Below are positions 15,450 to 29,595 of a stretch of 64,000 bases of DNA, piece after piece. Under the pieces are notes generated by a model that had not been told where the DNA came from, made no database searches, and saw only the letters and a program-made list of their open reading frames with translations. The first letter of the stretch is position 1. Each line of letters starts with the position of its first letter. Position numbers and translations under genes: made by a program. This DNA comes from the human T2T-CHM13v2.0 reference genome, Homo sapiens. The DNA is taken from NCBI RefSeq assembly GCF_009914755.1, contig NC_060933.1, one strand, 5' to 3'.

Positions 15450-16020
15450 TGTTACCAGCTTATAAGATTCATCTGCAATGGTACCCAAATATGTTCATGC
15501 CCATTGTACTTATGCTACAATGACATGATTTAAATATTATGGAATCCAGTGAAATGAATGCAAAAACCGTTGCTGCTACAAAATTAATTTGAATACTTAG
15601 AAAAAACTCAGTAAGGATGAATCACAATGTAGATGCTTTGGAAATAGGTATGAGATGACTGTAAATAATTGAAAGTCTGAAAAAATATGAAAGTCTACTA
15701 AGATACTGTGCCCAAGTTTCTTCATAGATGTTTTGAAGTTCTTATTCCACTTTAAAGAAAGCAGAACTTGGAACTGTAGATTGCACATCATGGCTGCGGT
15801 TTATGAAAGAAGAATGACTACAGTCAGTGAATCATACCCAAAGAAAAGCTTTGGCCTAACATCAAAAGATTGGCAAAGTCATAGATAAGTATGTGCTCTA
15901 CATTAAGATAAATGTTGATGGTATGTGTGTATCCCTTTTTCCCCACTTTAACCAACTTTCCAACAATCCAACCAACTATTGGTCCCAATCTGACCTGATA
16001 AGAGGGCTTCCTTCCACTGC
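15450..16020 (+). mobile_element. Tigger15-like fossil
   Basis: atgaatgcaaaaa..gttgctgct..ttgaatacttagaaaaactcagtaagg and 3' end gataagagggcttc..ctg. Confidence 0.55.
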
Positions 16021-16178
16021 ATTATAAGAGCAGAGTTATTCTGTATTTTTTTACATTATAATTTTAGGGAGATGGTAAGATACTTGTTGAGCATGGCCAA
16101 GCCCACGCTCTGGAATGAGCTACATTTGGTTACTCTTTGATGGGACAAGCCAAGCACTCCCACTAAGGGAGCCTTCAC

Positions 16179-16268
16179 CCACACTGGCTGCAGGGACAGT
16201 CTCTATGCACAGCAGGTCCAGATGCTCTTTAGTGTCTTAATCTGACTGTGCCTCTCATGTGATTCAAT
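16179..16268 (-). pseudogene. Possible GREB1-like exon remnant
   Basis: EHLDLLCIETVPAASV G|gtgaag supplies the phase 1 needed by the next exon; weak match to VHDFILLNTDLTQNV. Confidence 0.35.
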
Positions 16269-17168
16269 CTGAGTTGGGATGTGTGCTTTTTATTGTTAGG
16301 ACTTTCATTTCTAGGTCTCCTCTTGGCTTATACTTTTGAGCAAATGATTGATTCTTCATCAATTGATTTCTATGGAGATGTCACTTCCCTCCAACTTGAT
16401 GTGAAGAATCCTGGCAGCAAGTCTTGCTCTAGTGATCCCTAATGAGCAATGACCTGTTTCTAACTGGCAAACATTAAACTATTTCATAGCTTTTCATGTC
16501 CATGTACAATGAAAGACTAGTTACTGGTTACCTACTGAGCAATGAAAGATTGCTAAATTTGGTATTAATATTTTTTAAAATAGCACATTGTTAAAATGTA
16601 CTGAATTCATCAATTCAGTGGTTACCCAAAAAATCTGGCTATTTCTACAAGACACAAAGCTCTTACTATGTATATATAATCGCAGATGATTGGCATTCTA
16701 GCAAATTTTAGGGAAAAAAATGCATTGCTCGCAGAGCTTCGTCATTGGGATCTTAGGTTGACTATGGTCTTAGTTGCCTATGCTCTTGTTTTAATTAACA
16801 GACCCATAGAAGTACTGTTAGGCTCTATTTCTGCTGATTGATTCTTGAGAAACCGACTACATTGTTGCCATTAGGACTATTATCAAAAGGTTTTTACTGT
16901 TGGTATCCAACACTTTTGAGAACCACTGCTCTGCTTGTTAATCAGAATGGTTGGGTGAAGCAACAGCTCTGTCTTACTGTCCTGAGAATGTTACATTATT
17001 CACAAACCCTTTATCAGCTTTCGTCTCTCTGCCCTGATCAGTGTGCTCTCTGCTTCAGATGGTATGTTGGAACTAAATCCCCTTTGGGCTGAAATAGTCA
17101 CTTCCTACTCAGAATCTACATTGAAACAAATTCCCATTTACATCTTTGTGATATTTCCTGGGTCTCAC

Positions 17169-17312
17169 CACTAAAATCTTCCCAGGGGCTATTGCACTTA
17201 ATCACATCATGCCCAATATGGCATGATCCATGCATGCATCAACAAAAATTGCACTGCCTTGCAAAATATTCGAATTAGGATTAATTTTTCCTTCTTTCTG
17301 GAGACGGATATT
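17169..17312 (-). pseudogene. GREB1-like exon remnant, 144 nt, one stop
   Basis: NILQGSAIFVDACMDHAILGMM* vs [22 protein letters not shown]. Donor GTG|gtgaga. Confidence 0.7.
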
Positions 17313-17735
17313 CTTATTTAGACAAAAACTCAAAAACACTTTCCATGCCTCTGGGCTCCCTCCATCCAGTCCATGTCCACTCAACTACCAGATGTGATCA
17401 TTTCACATTACTACTATGAATTAAAAAGTAGAAAAGGAGATAACTAATGAATCGAGTAACCTTTCTTCTATGTCTACCCATTGCAAATAGATTAAAATTT
17501 AAACATCTTTAGTCCAGTATGCATGCCCTCCATAGTGGTTAACCCAACCAAGTTTTCTATTTTCTCCCCACCCTCTTTCTTATAACCTTCATCTCAATAA
17601 AGTTGAACTGTTCCTGGCACCCGATTCTAAGATGTCTTGCCTCACTTACGGTGATCTACCTGCCTGACAGCCTTTTCCCAGGCTCTGTGTGAGTTCACAT
17701 CCTACCACATCTTCCAAGTGCAAAAGCTACTTTCT

Positions 17736-17772
<37 letters not shown>

Positions 17773-18778
17773 AGAACTTTCCCAACTTACCCTAAGGAGG
17801 AAGTGGTCTCCCCATCCCGGAACCCCACTTAGGCATTCCCTGACTACTCCCTTAAACTCTGCATTTTCAACCTTGCATCTTGTTTATTGCATTTGTCTTC
17901 TGGACTGTAAGCTTCTTGGTAGCTGGTCTGTGTGGTTTTCATCTTCCTATTTTCCTGCTCTTGTACCCTTCACTGGGCCTTGCAAGAAGTAGTTAATAAA
18001 TGAAAAAATGAACGTATATGTGAATGAATAAATGAATGGATCTGACATACACATAACCACATGGTTCTCTCCTCCTATAGCTTCATTTCTGGACCCTTCT
18101 CCTAGATGAACTGGCCTTGCTAAGAGTACCCCAGTCAGGGCTTACCAGGTTAGCAGGGAGTCTTTTGCTTGCTTTTGAGGCAGAAAAGTGCAGCCTTTGT
18201 TGCAGGGCAGAAATATAACATCACAAAAAAAAAGCACCAAGGAAATTCCTTCCACTTCCACCTGCGGATTAAGAAAGACTTAGGATCCGATCTGGTGAAA
18301 AAGAAAAGATGTAGGATTTTAAATTGGCCTCAGGCCCTCACACTTACAAAAAGTGAGCATATAATTTGTATTCCAAACTTTTGAGAGTGAAATTAGAGTT
18401 TATTAATGATTACTCTGGGACAATAGGTGTGACCTAGGACTGTCATGGGCTAAAAGGATGATATGTGATCTGAAATGAGCTATACTTGGTTACTCTGTCT
18501 ATGATAGGACAAGCCCAGCCCATGGATATGTTTTATCATCTGTAACATGGGGATAGTGATAACTAACCCCAGAGATTTTCCATAGGATGAAATATGACCA
18601 TGAAAGTGAAGCATCCAGTGCTTGCAAACAAATGGTATTTAATAACTGATAGCTCCCTCCCTTTACTAAGATAAGGTTCTTAGTAAAGCACCTTATCTTA
18701 CATATCACTTCTTATATTCATTGGCCTAGGTGATCCTTTCAATGAATCTTCAAAGTAACCAAAGTACCCTGGGGCTGG

Positions 18779-19113
<335 letters not shown>

Positions 19114-19958
19114 TTACTAAGAAGCACACTAACACCCAGAGAGGTTCAATAAGGCTCCACAGATAAAATCTGATGGAGCTAGGACTTAAACCCAGGCACA
19201 TCTGTCTCCAAACTGAACCACTTTCTAATGCAACACCCAGGCTTTATGAGCTTCTACAGAAGGGACTTTAAGTCTGGCTGGACATCTTAAATCATGTGCT
19301 TAAATCATGGCACAGCAGAGCAGAGAGCTCAGATGAGGGAAACTGGGAGTACACATGGCAGTACACACTCTTCTCAGTACCAGAGAAGGCAAAGATTCTA
19401 GCCTAGACACGCCAGCTCCATCAGCCTCACTTTTCCCAGGAGGAGAGTTTCTTGGATCTATCATGGTCTCACACTCCACCTCAGAGTGGTGGGTACATTT
19501 CAGCAGAGGATGGGAAGACAAGCAGAATTCACCATAGTAATTTAGATTAATTAGGAGCCCAAGATCAATCAGGGAGTGGTAATGATCTGGGGGCAGTTTT
19601 CTGGTAGGTTTAACAAGCATGTACAAACACCAGTTATGTGTACATATCCATAAGCAGCCTGGCTGAACGTCAACAGCCTGCTTCTGTTACCAAATGAGAC
19701 AAAACAATTAGCAAAGGCAGGCACTATTCCTTCTGTTCATGCTTCAGTTCCGAATATCAGTGGTCATTTGTCTGGTTCACACATTATTCATTTACCTTTG
19801 TTTTTATGTGAAAGTATTAGTTGATCTGGACTTCCCTATGAGCAATGCAAAGCTGACTAAAGTTCAAACCATGTTATCAATGAACATTTCCTACTTCACA
19901 GAGAATATGAAACACTTTGAACATTAGTGCCTCCTCCTCTGAACTTAAATATAACAGC

Positions 19959-20403
<445 letters not shown>

Positions 20404-21274
20404 TTATATATATATAAAACAGCACCCATTCCTTTTTATCTCCTTCCCTCACATGTCCTTCCTCAGTTCCAGAGCTAGCTTGTCACCCTATGGACCTGAT
20501 CCTTTCCCATCTGTCTTTTTCCAGGACTGTGTTCCATCAGCCATGCCCTCTCATTCCTGTCATCAATTACTTCCACTCTGGCTTCTTCTCCTCAGCCTGC
20601 AAACAAGCTCAAGTATTGGAAATCCTTTAAAAAAAAAAAAGAAAATAAATAAAAACCTTATGTTCCCCTTCCAGTTTTTCCCTTGCAAAATGTATCGAAA
20701 TTACATTGAAACGTATTGAAAAAGTAATCTGCACCTGTTGTCTTGACTGCCTCAATTCCCTTTAGCCCTCAGCCCATCGCAATACAAATCCCCTAAGCCT
20801 CCATTTAAACATCACACTGGGGTCACCAGTAGCTGATAATGAAAACTAATACCTTACTAGTGATCATGAGTAAACTTGTCAAACAACACACTGGCCTACT
20901 TCTTTCCCTCCTTCCCCCAAGCATCAAGCCAAAAACATGGAGGTCATCCTCAGGGCTTTCTTCTCCTCATCCCCCTACTGCCGATCAATTACTAAATCTT
21001 CTATGAAAAAAGCCCTAGAAGTAAAATTAAGACCTCAGGTCCTAAGCTTGGCCTTGCTACCAACTTGCTTTATGACTGTAGATTAGCCAATGCCACATCT
21101 AAGTCTCAGAACCCTCATCTGGATGGATAATTAAGAGTAGTGGAACTAGACCCTACATTTGGGTATGATCCACCTAAGTCACTTGTGTACCAGGTACCAC
21201 TTGTCTATTGAGTGGACAAGCATTGTTTACCTTAAATTTTAATCTCATTTTCCTCCAGACATTGTCCCTCTCAC

Positions 21275-21439
21275 TTCTCCCTACAATTCTTTTTCATCAT
21301 TGATAGCACAGCTGAATCCATTCATCATGCTCTCTACAACCCCACTTCTGAATATTCCCAAGAACTGAGGTTTCCATCTTATAAAAACCTGTTTTCATTA
21401 ACAGTTCAATTACCAATGTATTACTGAGTCCTTGTTCTG
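21275..21439 (-). pseudogene. GREB1-like exon remnant
   Basis: NAGNAG acceptor ccacag/cag. LLMKTGFYKMETSVLGNIQKWGCREHDEW vs [29 protein letters not shown]; frameshift, then FSCAINDEKEL* and donor GAA|gtgaga. Confidence 0.75.
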
Positions 21440-22384
21440 CTGTGGACGAGGAGCAGTTTGTCAAAAGAGAACAAAATGCAAAGGAAGTGAGAGTTGATGA
21501 CACCCAATAATGAAGAAAGCAAACAACTTTAGAAACTACATTCAATAGAGAACAGGCACCAAGCTGCAGCTGGGCCAAGGTCAAGGTGCTGGCCACTCAT
21601 CTCCTTACCTAGCTGGAAAGAAGAGAAATGGACAACAAGAAACCAGTTCCATTGAGATAAGCTTCAGTCTGTCATGCCAGACCTTGGACTTGGTGCCAAG
21701 TTCTGTGATCCAGGGAATATAAACATGAAAAGATACAATCCTTGTTATCAAAGCCCTTGTAGCCAGAAGGCTGACAATCCATCTTTCCTTCTGGAAGAAG
21801 TTAGCAAGAGTTAGTGTGTTGGAACAGAAGAGACAAGGGTTTTGGTCCCAAGCTGACCTAGTTTTGAGTTCTGATAACTCACTTCATTAGTTATGGGACC
21901 TGAGGCAAGTTATTTCATCCCTCTGAGCCTCACTTTTGCCACCTGCGAGATTGAGAACTTATAGGATTATTAAGAGGGCTAGAGTTTAAATTTTTTTTAA
22001 AAAAAGTTCTAGCACACTTCTTGTCACACAATAAGAGCTATAAAAAATGATAACAATAATGCCGATAGGAACATGCACTAGGCTCTTGTCACATGCTAGA
22101 TGTGTGAGATTTTGAGATTAAGTCATGTTGCCTCTCTGATTCACTGTATCTTTAGCTTAAAAATGAGCTAGTAGGATCTAGCTCATAGGATACTATACAA
22201 ATCAAATTATATAATGCCCATAAAATTATCCCCTAAGATATAAAATACTGAGGCCCTACAATATACTATTATTAGAGACAAAGAGGGTTGGAATAAAATA
22301 ATTACAATTTCACAGACCCTTGGATCATTTTCTCTTCTAAACAAAGGTTTATGTTCACTTTTAAACAAGCATTTATATGCCACT

Positions 22385-24698
22385 TGATATGGTTTGGCTC
22401 AGTGTCCCCACCAACTCTCACCTTGAACTGTAATAATCCCTATGCATCATGGGAGGGACCCGGTGGGAGGTAATTGAATCATGGGGGTGGGTCTTTCCCA
22501 TGCTGTTCTCATGACAGTGAATAAGTCTCATGAGAACTGATGGGTTTATGAAAGGAAGTTCCCCTGCACATACTTTCTTACTTGCCGCCATGTAAGATGT
22601 GCCTTTGATTTTCCTTCGCTTTCTCGCATGATTGTGAGGCCTCCCCAGCCATGTGGAACTGTAAGTCCATTAAACCTCTTTCCTTTATAAATTAACCAGT
22701 CTCAGGTATGTCTTTACTAGCAGCATGAGAATGAACTAACACAGTAAACTGGTACCAGTAGAGTAGGGTGCTGCTGTAAACATACCCAGAAATGTAGAAG
22801 TGACTTTAGAACTGGGTAACAGGCAGAGGTTGAAACAGTTTGGAGGGCTCAGAAGAAGACAGGAAAATGTGGTAAAGTTTGGAACTTCCCAGAGACTTCT
22901 TGAATAGTTTTAACCCAAATGCTGATACTGATATGGACAACGAAGTCCAGGTTGAGGTGGTCTCAGATGGAGAAGAGGGACTTGTTGGGAACTGGAGCAA
23001 AGGTTACTCTTGTTATGCTTTAGCAAAGACACTGGAGGCATTTTGCCCCTGCCCTAGAGATCTGTGGAACTTTGAACTTGAGAGAGATGAATTTGGGCAT
23101 CTGGAGGAAGAAATTTCTAAGCAGCAAAGCATTCAAGAGGTGACTGGGTGCTGTTAAAAACATTCAATTTTATGTACTAACAAAGATTTGGTTTGGAATT
23201 GGAACTTATATTTAAAAGAGAAGCAGAGCATAAAATTTAGTTCAGAAAATTTGCAGCCTGACAATGGAATAGAAACGAAAAACCCATTTTCTGTGGAGAA
23301 ATTGAAGCCTGCTGCAGAAATTTGCATAAGTAACAAGGAGCCAAATATTAATCACCAAAACAATGGGGAAAATGTCTCCAAGGCATGTCAGAGACCTTTG
23401 AGGGAGCCTCTCCCATCACTGGAGGTAAAAATGGTGTCATGAGCCAGGCCCAGAGGCCCCCTGGTCTGTGCAGCCTAAGGACTTGGTGCCCTGCATCCCA
23501 GCTGTTCCAGCCATGGCTAAAATGGGCCAAGGCACAGCTTGGGCTGTGGCTGCAGAGGATGCAAGCCCCAAGCCTTCCACGTGGTGTTGAGCCTGTAGGT
23601 GCACAGAAGTCAATAATTGAGGTTTGGGGACCTCTGCCTAGATTTCAGAGGATGTATAGAAATGCCTAGATGTCTCGGCAGAAGTTTGCTGCAGGGGCAG
23701 GGCCCTCATGGAGAACCTCTGCAAAGGCAGTGTGGAAGGAAAATGTGGGGTCAGAGCCCCCACACACAGTCCCCACTGGGGCACTGCCTAGTGGAGTTGT
23801 GAGAAGAAGGCCACCATCCTCCAGACCCCGGAATGATAAATTCACCAACAACTTGCATCATGCACCTGGAAAAGCTGCAGACACTCAACACCAGCCTGTG
23901 AAAGCAGCCAGGAGGGAGGCTGTACCCTGCAAAGCCACAGGGGTGCAGCTACTCAAGACCATGAGAACCCACCTTTGCATCAGCGTGACCTGGATGTGAG
24001 ACATGGAATCAAAGGAGATTATTTTGGAGATTTGACTGCCCCACTGGATTTCAGACTTGCATGGGGCCTGTAGCCCCTTTGTTTTGGCCAATTTCTCCAA
24101 TTTGGAACAGGTGTATTTCACCAATGCCTGTACCCCCATTGTATCTAGAAAGAAACTAACTTGCTTTTGATTTTACAGGCTCATAGGTGGAAGGGACCTG
24201 CCTTGTCTCACATGACACTTTGGACTGTGGGCTTTTGAGTTAATACCGAAATTAGTTAGGACTTTGGGGGACTTTTGGGAAGGCATGATTGGTTTTGAAA
24301 TGTGAGGACATGAGATTTGGGAGGGGCCAGTGACAAAATGATATGGTTTGGCTCTATATGCCCACCCAAATCTCACCTTGAATTGTAATAATCCCCACAG
24401 GTCATGGGAGGGACCCAGTGGGAGGTAATTGAATCATAGGGGTGGGTTTTTTCAGTGCTGTTCTCATGATAGTGAATACATCTCATGAGATCTGATGGTT
24501 TTATAAAGGGGAGATCCCCTGAACACGCTCTCTTACCTGCCATCATGTAAGACATGGCTTTGCTCTTCCTTCACCTTCCATCATGATTGTGAGGCCTCCC
24601 CAGCCATATGGAACTATGAGTCCATTAAACCTCTTTCTTTTATAAATTACCCAGGATCAGGTATGTTTTCATTAGCAGCAAGAGAATAGACTAATACA
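22385..24698 (+). mobile_element. Full-length THE1B-like MaLR (LTR 22385-22743, internal, LTR 24339-24698)
   Basis: Two ~360-bp TGATATGG..ACA LTRs, 1.6-kb THE1 internal region, 5-bp TSD ccact/ctact; inserted in a MIR. Confidence 0.95.
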
Positions 24699-25149
24699 CT
24701 ACTTAATATGTGCCAGTCACCATCCTAAGTGCTTCATAATAATCATCCTCATCTTCATAACAATTGTTTGAGGATAGGTAGTTTTATTATCCTCATTTTA
24801 AGATGGGGAAACAGAAGCTCAAAGAAGCTAATCATTCACCCAAAGTCACACAGATGGCAGGCAATCTTACACACCATGTTTCACTGACCACAGAAATGTC
24901 ACTAAAAATTAAACGATGCCTACAGTGACATGTTTAAATTGGGAGACTCTAAACAAACTTATCTTAAGAGCCAGCTAGCTAAATGGCTCTGCTCTAGGCC
25001 TCAGTTCCCTTCCCTATAAAATTAGAGAGAAATTGTGATATAGTGGTCTTTGAAGATGAAATCACACAAACCAGTATTTCCATCAGAGCTTCATTATTTT
25101 AATGAGGCAGTTTCCAATACACTGCCCTGTTGTCACTACTCATTCTTAT

Positions 25150-25380
25150 AAACTATTTGGTGAAGATAGAGGGCACTTTGACAAGTACAATGATGACCGG
25201 CAGAAAAATACCATAGGCACAGGCAGAGGACATAAGTTCCTCTAATGTAGATAAAGGGCGGAATGATTTAGCTGTATGAAAGCAGCTGAGTGACGCAGTG
25301 GGCACAGCTTCATCATCCCCATTAAGGGAAGGAAGAGCTGCCCAGCCTTCAATCCCCATAAAGCCACCTGCTGCTGACAA
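25150..25380 (-). pseudogene. GREB1-like exon remnant; boundaries approximate
   Basis: ORF-track peptide PSLNGDDE..LSCFH..YGIFLPVIIVLVKVPSIFTK vs PTTGRHE..LFNLYH..YKKYWPNHIMLVLPSIFNS. Confidence 0.75.
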
Positions 25381-26296
25381 TATTACTCAACTAAGACACC
25401 CTTCAAGAAGTCCTCATGTCTGTACCGGGGTCCAGACCTATTTTGTCCCCCTCTACTGTTCTAAGGATTCTGTTCCCATATCTTCCTACCCACCAAGTGC
25501 ACAGAATTATCACAACCATGTCACAACCAGCCTACATTGTCTATGCTTGAGGAAGGGAAATGTCCACTTCCAGGTGCATTAGTCTTACCTGAATTCTCTT
25601 CATAAGGTAGGCAGGGAATGAGTTCTATCTTCCAGCTAAGGAAACTAGCATCTTCAAAATCGAGTAACCAGGAAGATGGACCAGCAACATATGGTGGGAA
25701 AGCACAGTCCAGGTCTCCCAACAGGTCAGAGTCAGATCCTGCCTGCTCATTGAGTGACCGTAAGAGCTTAGAAAGATAACTGGTGAACGTTATTTCCATG
25801 AACTTGGGTCCTTACTTGCAAAATGTGAAGAATATCACCCTTTATTCACTGGGACTCTGTGAAGATTGAGATAATGTATATAAAACCTCTAGCACTGTGT
25901 CCAGGACATAGTAAGCCTCCACAAAAATATTATTTCCCTCTTCATTTCTTTTCCCAAATCATGTTATTTGGGGAACAGTTGAAGGAGTATTTGGGCTTTT
26001 AGTTTGGAAAAAATGAAGTCTCAGAAAACAGCAGAAAGATGGTGAGCAGAGGAGAAGATAGTCTCAAGAATTGTTCTAGGTAGTCCTCAAAGACAAGAAT
26101 AAAATTGGATGCACATAAGTTCTGAGTTAGGGGATGAGAAGGATGGAGGTGACGTAAAATTTAGTTCACCATAACAGAGAACATTCTAGTATTTGGCTGC
26201 TGTGAAAGTTTTCTGAGGAAACCAATTTTCATCTACAAGTTATGATCTTATGAATAATTCTGTTCATTGGAATTGACAAAAAGCTTGATCATTTCA

Positions 26297-26566
26297 GCCA
26301 CGGTGGCTCACACCTGTAATCCCAGCACTTTTGGAGGCCAAGGCAGGCAGATTACCTGAGGTCAGAAGTTTGGGATCAGCCTGGCCAACTCAGCAAAACC
26401 CTGTCTCTACTAAAAACACAAAAGTTAGCCAGGTATGGTGGCAGGTGCCTATAGTCCCAGCTACTTGAGAGGCTGAAGCAGGAAGGCAGAGGTTGCAGTG
26501 AGCCAAGATTGCACCACTACCTGATAGAATGAGACTCAGTCTCAAAACAACAACAACAAAAACCAA
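26297..26566 (+). mobile_element. AluS with small deletions
   Basis: 13-bp TSD cttgatcatttca. Confidence 0.9.
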
Positions 26567-26612
26567 CTTGATCATTTCAAAAGGGCAACTTAAAACTCTT
26601 CTGCAAGCGTAA

Positions 26613-26979
<367 letters not shown>

Positions 26980-27234
26980 CACATAGGATTATTCTAATTA
27001 AAGGTCATGGCTTTCCTTTTAAGTCATGATTCCCAGGAGTCATTCTAGAGTCCGGAGTGGCCTCTTCATTTCCCCAGACCAATGCATCATTTGGTGCTTA
27101 TTAAATAGTGAATAAATGAATGAAGCAAATGACTAAATGAATGATAACTGGTTTCTATCACTTGGAATACATATTTGGTGCATGGTGTTTCTGTCTATTT
27201 TCATCATTTGATTGCAAGCATCCTTGACAAAGAT

Positions 27235-27712
27235 GACAGTCACCTCCCAAAATCTGTTGTTTTCCCCCTCCTTAGTAAGAAAATCCCAAACTCCTGAATT
27301 TATTCAGAGCAACCATGTACACAGTTAAAGGACTGTATTTCCCAGCCTCCTTAAAAGGTGGATGTGGCCTTTTTACTAAGGCTGACCTATGAGATTTAAG
27401 TACTATGTGGTACTTCAGGAAGTGTCCTTAAGAGGAAGGGAAGGGTCCTCCGGTCTTCCCTTCTTCTCACTGCCCGGATTGTAACAGGTGGAGCTCCAGC
27501 CACCATCTCAGGCTGTGAGAACAAGGCCACGCCCTCGGGATGGAAATGTTATAACCTGGATGGAGTCCAAGTCCCTGATGACTCTGTGAAGCTGCTGTTG
27601 CAAGCACAGGACAACCTACTCCCAGACTGCATTTATGTAAGAAAATAAACCCTTGGATATTTAAGCTGTTTTAGTAGGGACTCTGCTAATCCCAAGGGAC
27701 CCTAATCCTAAA
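27235..27712 (+). mobile_element. Old MLT1 (J-like) LTR
   Basis: tatttcccagcctcctt..gtggcc..actaag motif and aaataaac near the 3' end. Confidence 0.6.
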
Positions 27713-29514
27713 ACCCACTTTGGTTTTTCTGGTTGTAACAACCAAATCCCAGTGACTCACAGTGCTGCCCCTAACACGTAAGTCTGGACAGACAGACAAC
27801 CTCCCCTGAATAATTAGTAGCTGAATACATTAATCACAAAGCCGATGTTTTCTGCAAGACTGCCCTTTGACTTTTATTACTTTATAAAATATTTTTCTCT
27901 AACAAAGCCTGCCCGTTAACCCTCCTCTGACCAACAGCTGCTGTGCCCCTTTTAGAACAATGCTCAGCGTCATGTCTGCCATTCTGCCCAGTGACGCCTC
28001 TCCCCTATTTACCCACCTCAGCCAGTGCTTCTAGTTGGAAAATTTCACAAATACCAGTTCACACTTGCTTCTGATTCTAGGGCCCAAAAATGCCACAGTT
28101 CTTGAATGGAGAGTCATCATGACAGTGACTCAACCCAAACTTGAAAGCGAACTTCCACCACCACAGGATTAAACTTGATGGGAATTTGGGGTGTTGGCCT
28201 GACATACCAACCCCAGGAACGTGACTCTTTACTCAAGCCTCATCACTAACATCACACATAAGATGCCAAAATAATTTCATTATGTTCCCAGCTATCTATG
28301 GTATAATCATGACATTTCAGAAAATGCCTGTCCTATATCCCGGTGCTTAACTTTGTTTTTACATTGAAGCCACAAAAGACATTTCACGTGTGGGGCACTG
28401 CTCGAGCCTCTGGATCCCCACGTGATTCATAGGTATGATTTCTCACTTGGGTAGAAATCCATATAAGGTCATCTTTGCTTCCTAAAAATCAGAAAACTCT
28501 GTCGCTCTCATGAAACCACTGAAGAACAATTCTGGCTCTAGTTCCCACATTCCATCTGGTTATGTGTGTGCCTGCCTGGTGGCCTCCCTCAACTCTGTCC
28601 CCATCGACAATTCTGCCAGCCCCTCACATCCAGACCATAAAAGCCTTCAGAGAAGAGACGCACCTTTTTCTGACTCTATGATGTGTGCATAGTAGGAATT
28701 CGACTCACCTTTATTTAATTCAAGTTTTTTACTTAAGAATATTACTAAGAGATTAACCTAATTATAAGATATATATTATATGTATATGAATATAAAATTA
28801 ATCTAAAGTACTAGGAAATCTCTGAGGTGTAAGCTTCCAGAAAAATCCCACCTCAGTTTGGGAAGAATACTATATACATGTACTCACTCTCCTGCACACA
28901 CAAGGAAACGCATCCATGGATTTCATTTAGTCTTTTTCTTCCTTTTACATTTTTTTCTTCCACTTACATTTTCCTTTTTCACCTCCCTTGTGCTTCCATA
29001 ATTCTTATCACCAGCCAAGTGAAGGTTATTCGTAAGCTACAGTCAGATAAAAACAAGAGTGAGCCCTCCTTAGACCCCTTTCCTGGGAAGGGCAGCACAT
29101 ACTCAAGGCATCAGGATAAGGGAGCTTGTTGGGTCACACGCAGTTCAGCCTTCCTCCTTGCAAGCTGATGAAGGAGGCTTTTATTCCTGAAGGACTTTTA
29201 AAAACAAAAGAGGAACTCGAGAGAAAAGAACCCCATCCTGTAGAATGAATTGTATACAGTTCATTATGTCCTTAAACATAAATACCACAAACAAGCTACA
29301 AATAATTTACCAGCCAAGCCACACTGTGGCTCTGGTATTAACTACCAATCCCTGGTATGAAGCCCTTAGACAGCCCTGGTTTTGCTCCTCCTCCTTCTGT
29401 GGAGTTCTGCTTCTTATCTGCTGCCCCTCCACTTTGCCCCCTGCAGGTTTACTTCCAGAGACTTTGCCTCCTTACAGGAGAGTTGGCAGAAGTCCTACAG
29501 AAAATTCTTCATCT

Positions 29515-29595
29515 GTCCATGGCCATACCACCCTGAATCTCATCCGATCTTGGGAGCTAAGCAGGGTCTGGCCTGGTTAGTACTTGGATAGGAGA
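29515..29595 (+). pseudogene. 5S rRNA retropseudogene, 3'-truncated
   Basis: ggccataccaccctgaa...gctaagcagggtctggcctggttagtacttgga matches 5S rRNA nt ~1-90 with a ~9-nt deletion. 16-bp TSD agaaaatt(c/a)t(t/c)catct at 29499-29514 and 29593-29608. Confidence 0.93.

Noticed and set aside
28360-28481. Minus-strand acceptor tttctgatttttag with a short open frame
   Set aside because: No convincing GREB1 match, and the neighbouring motifs are already accounted for by other exons.
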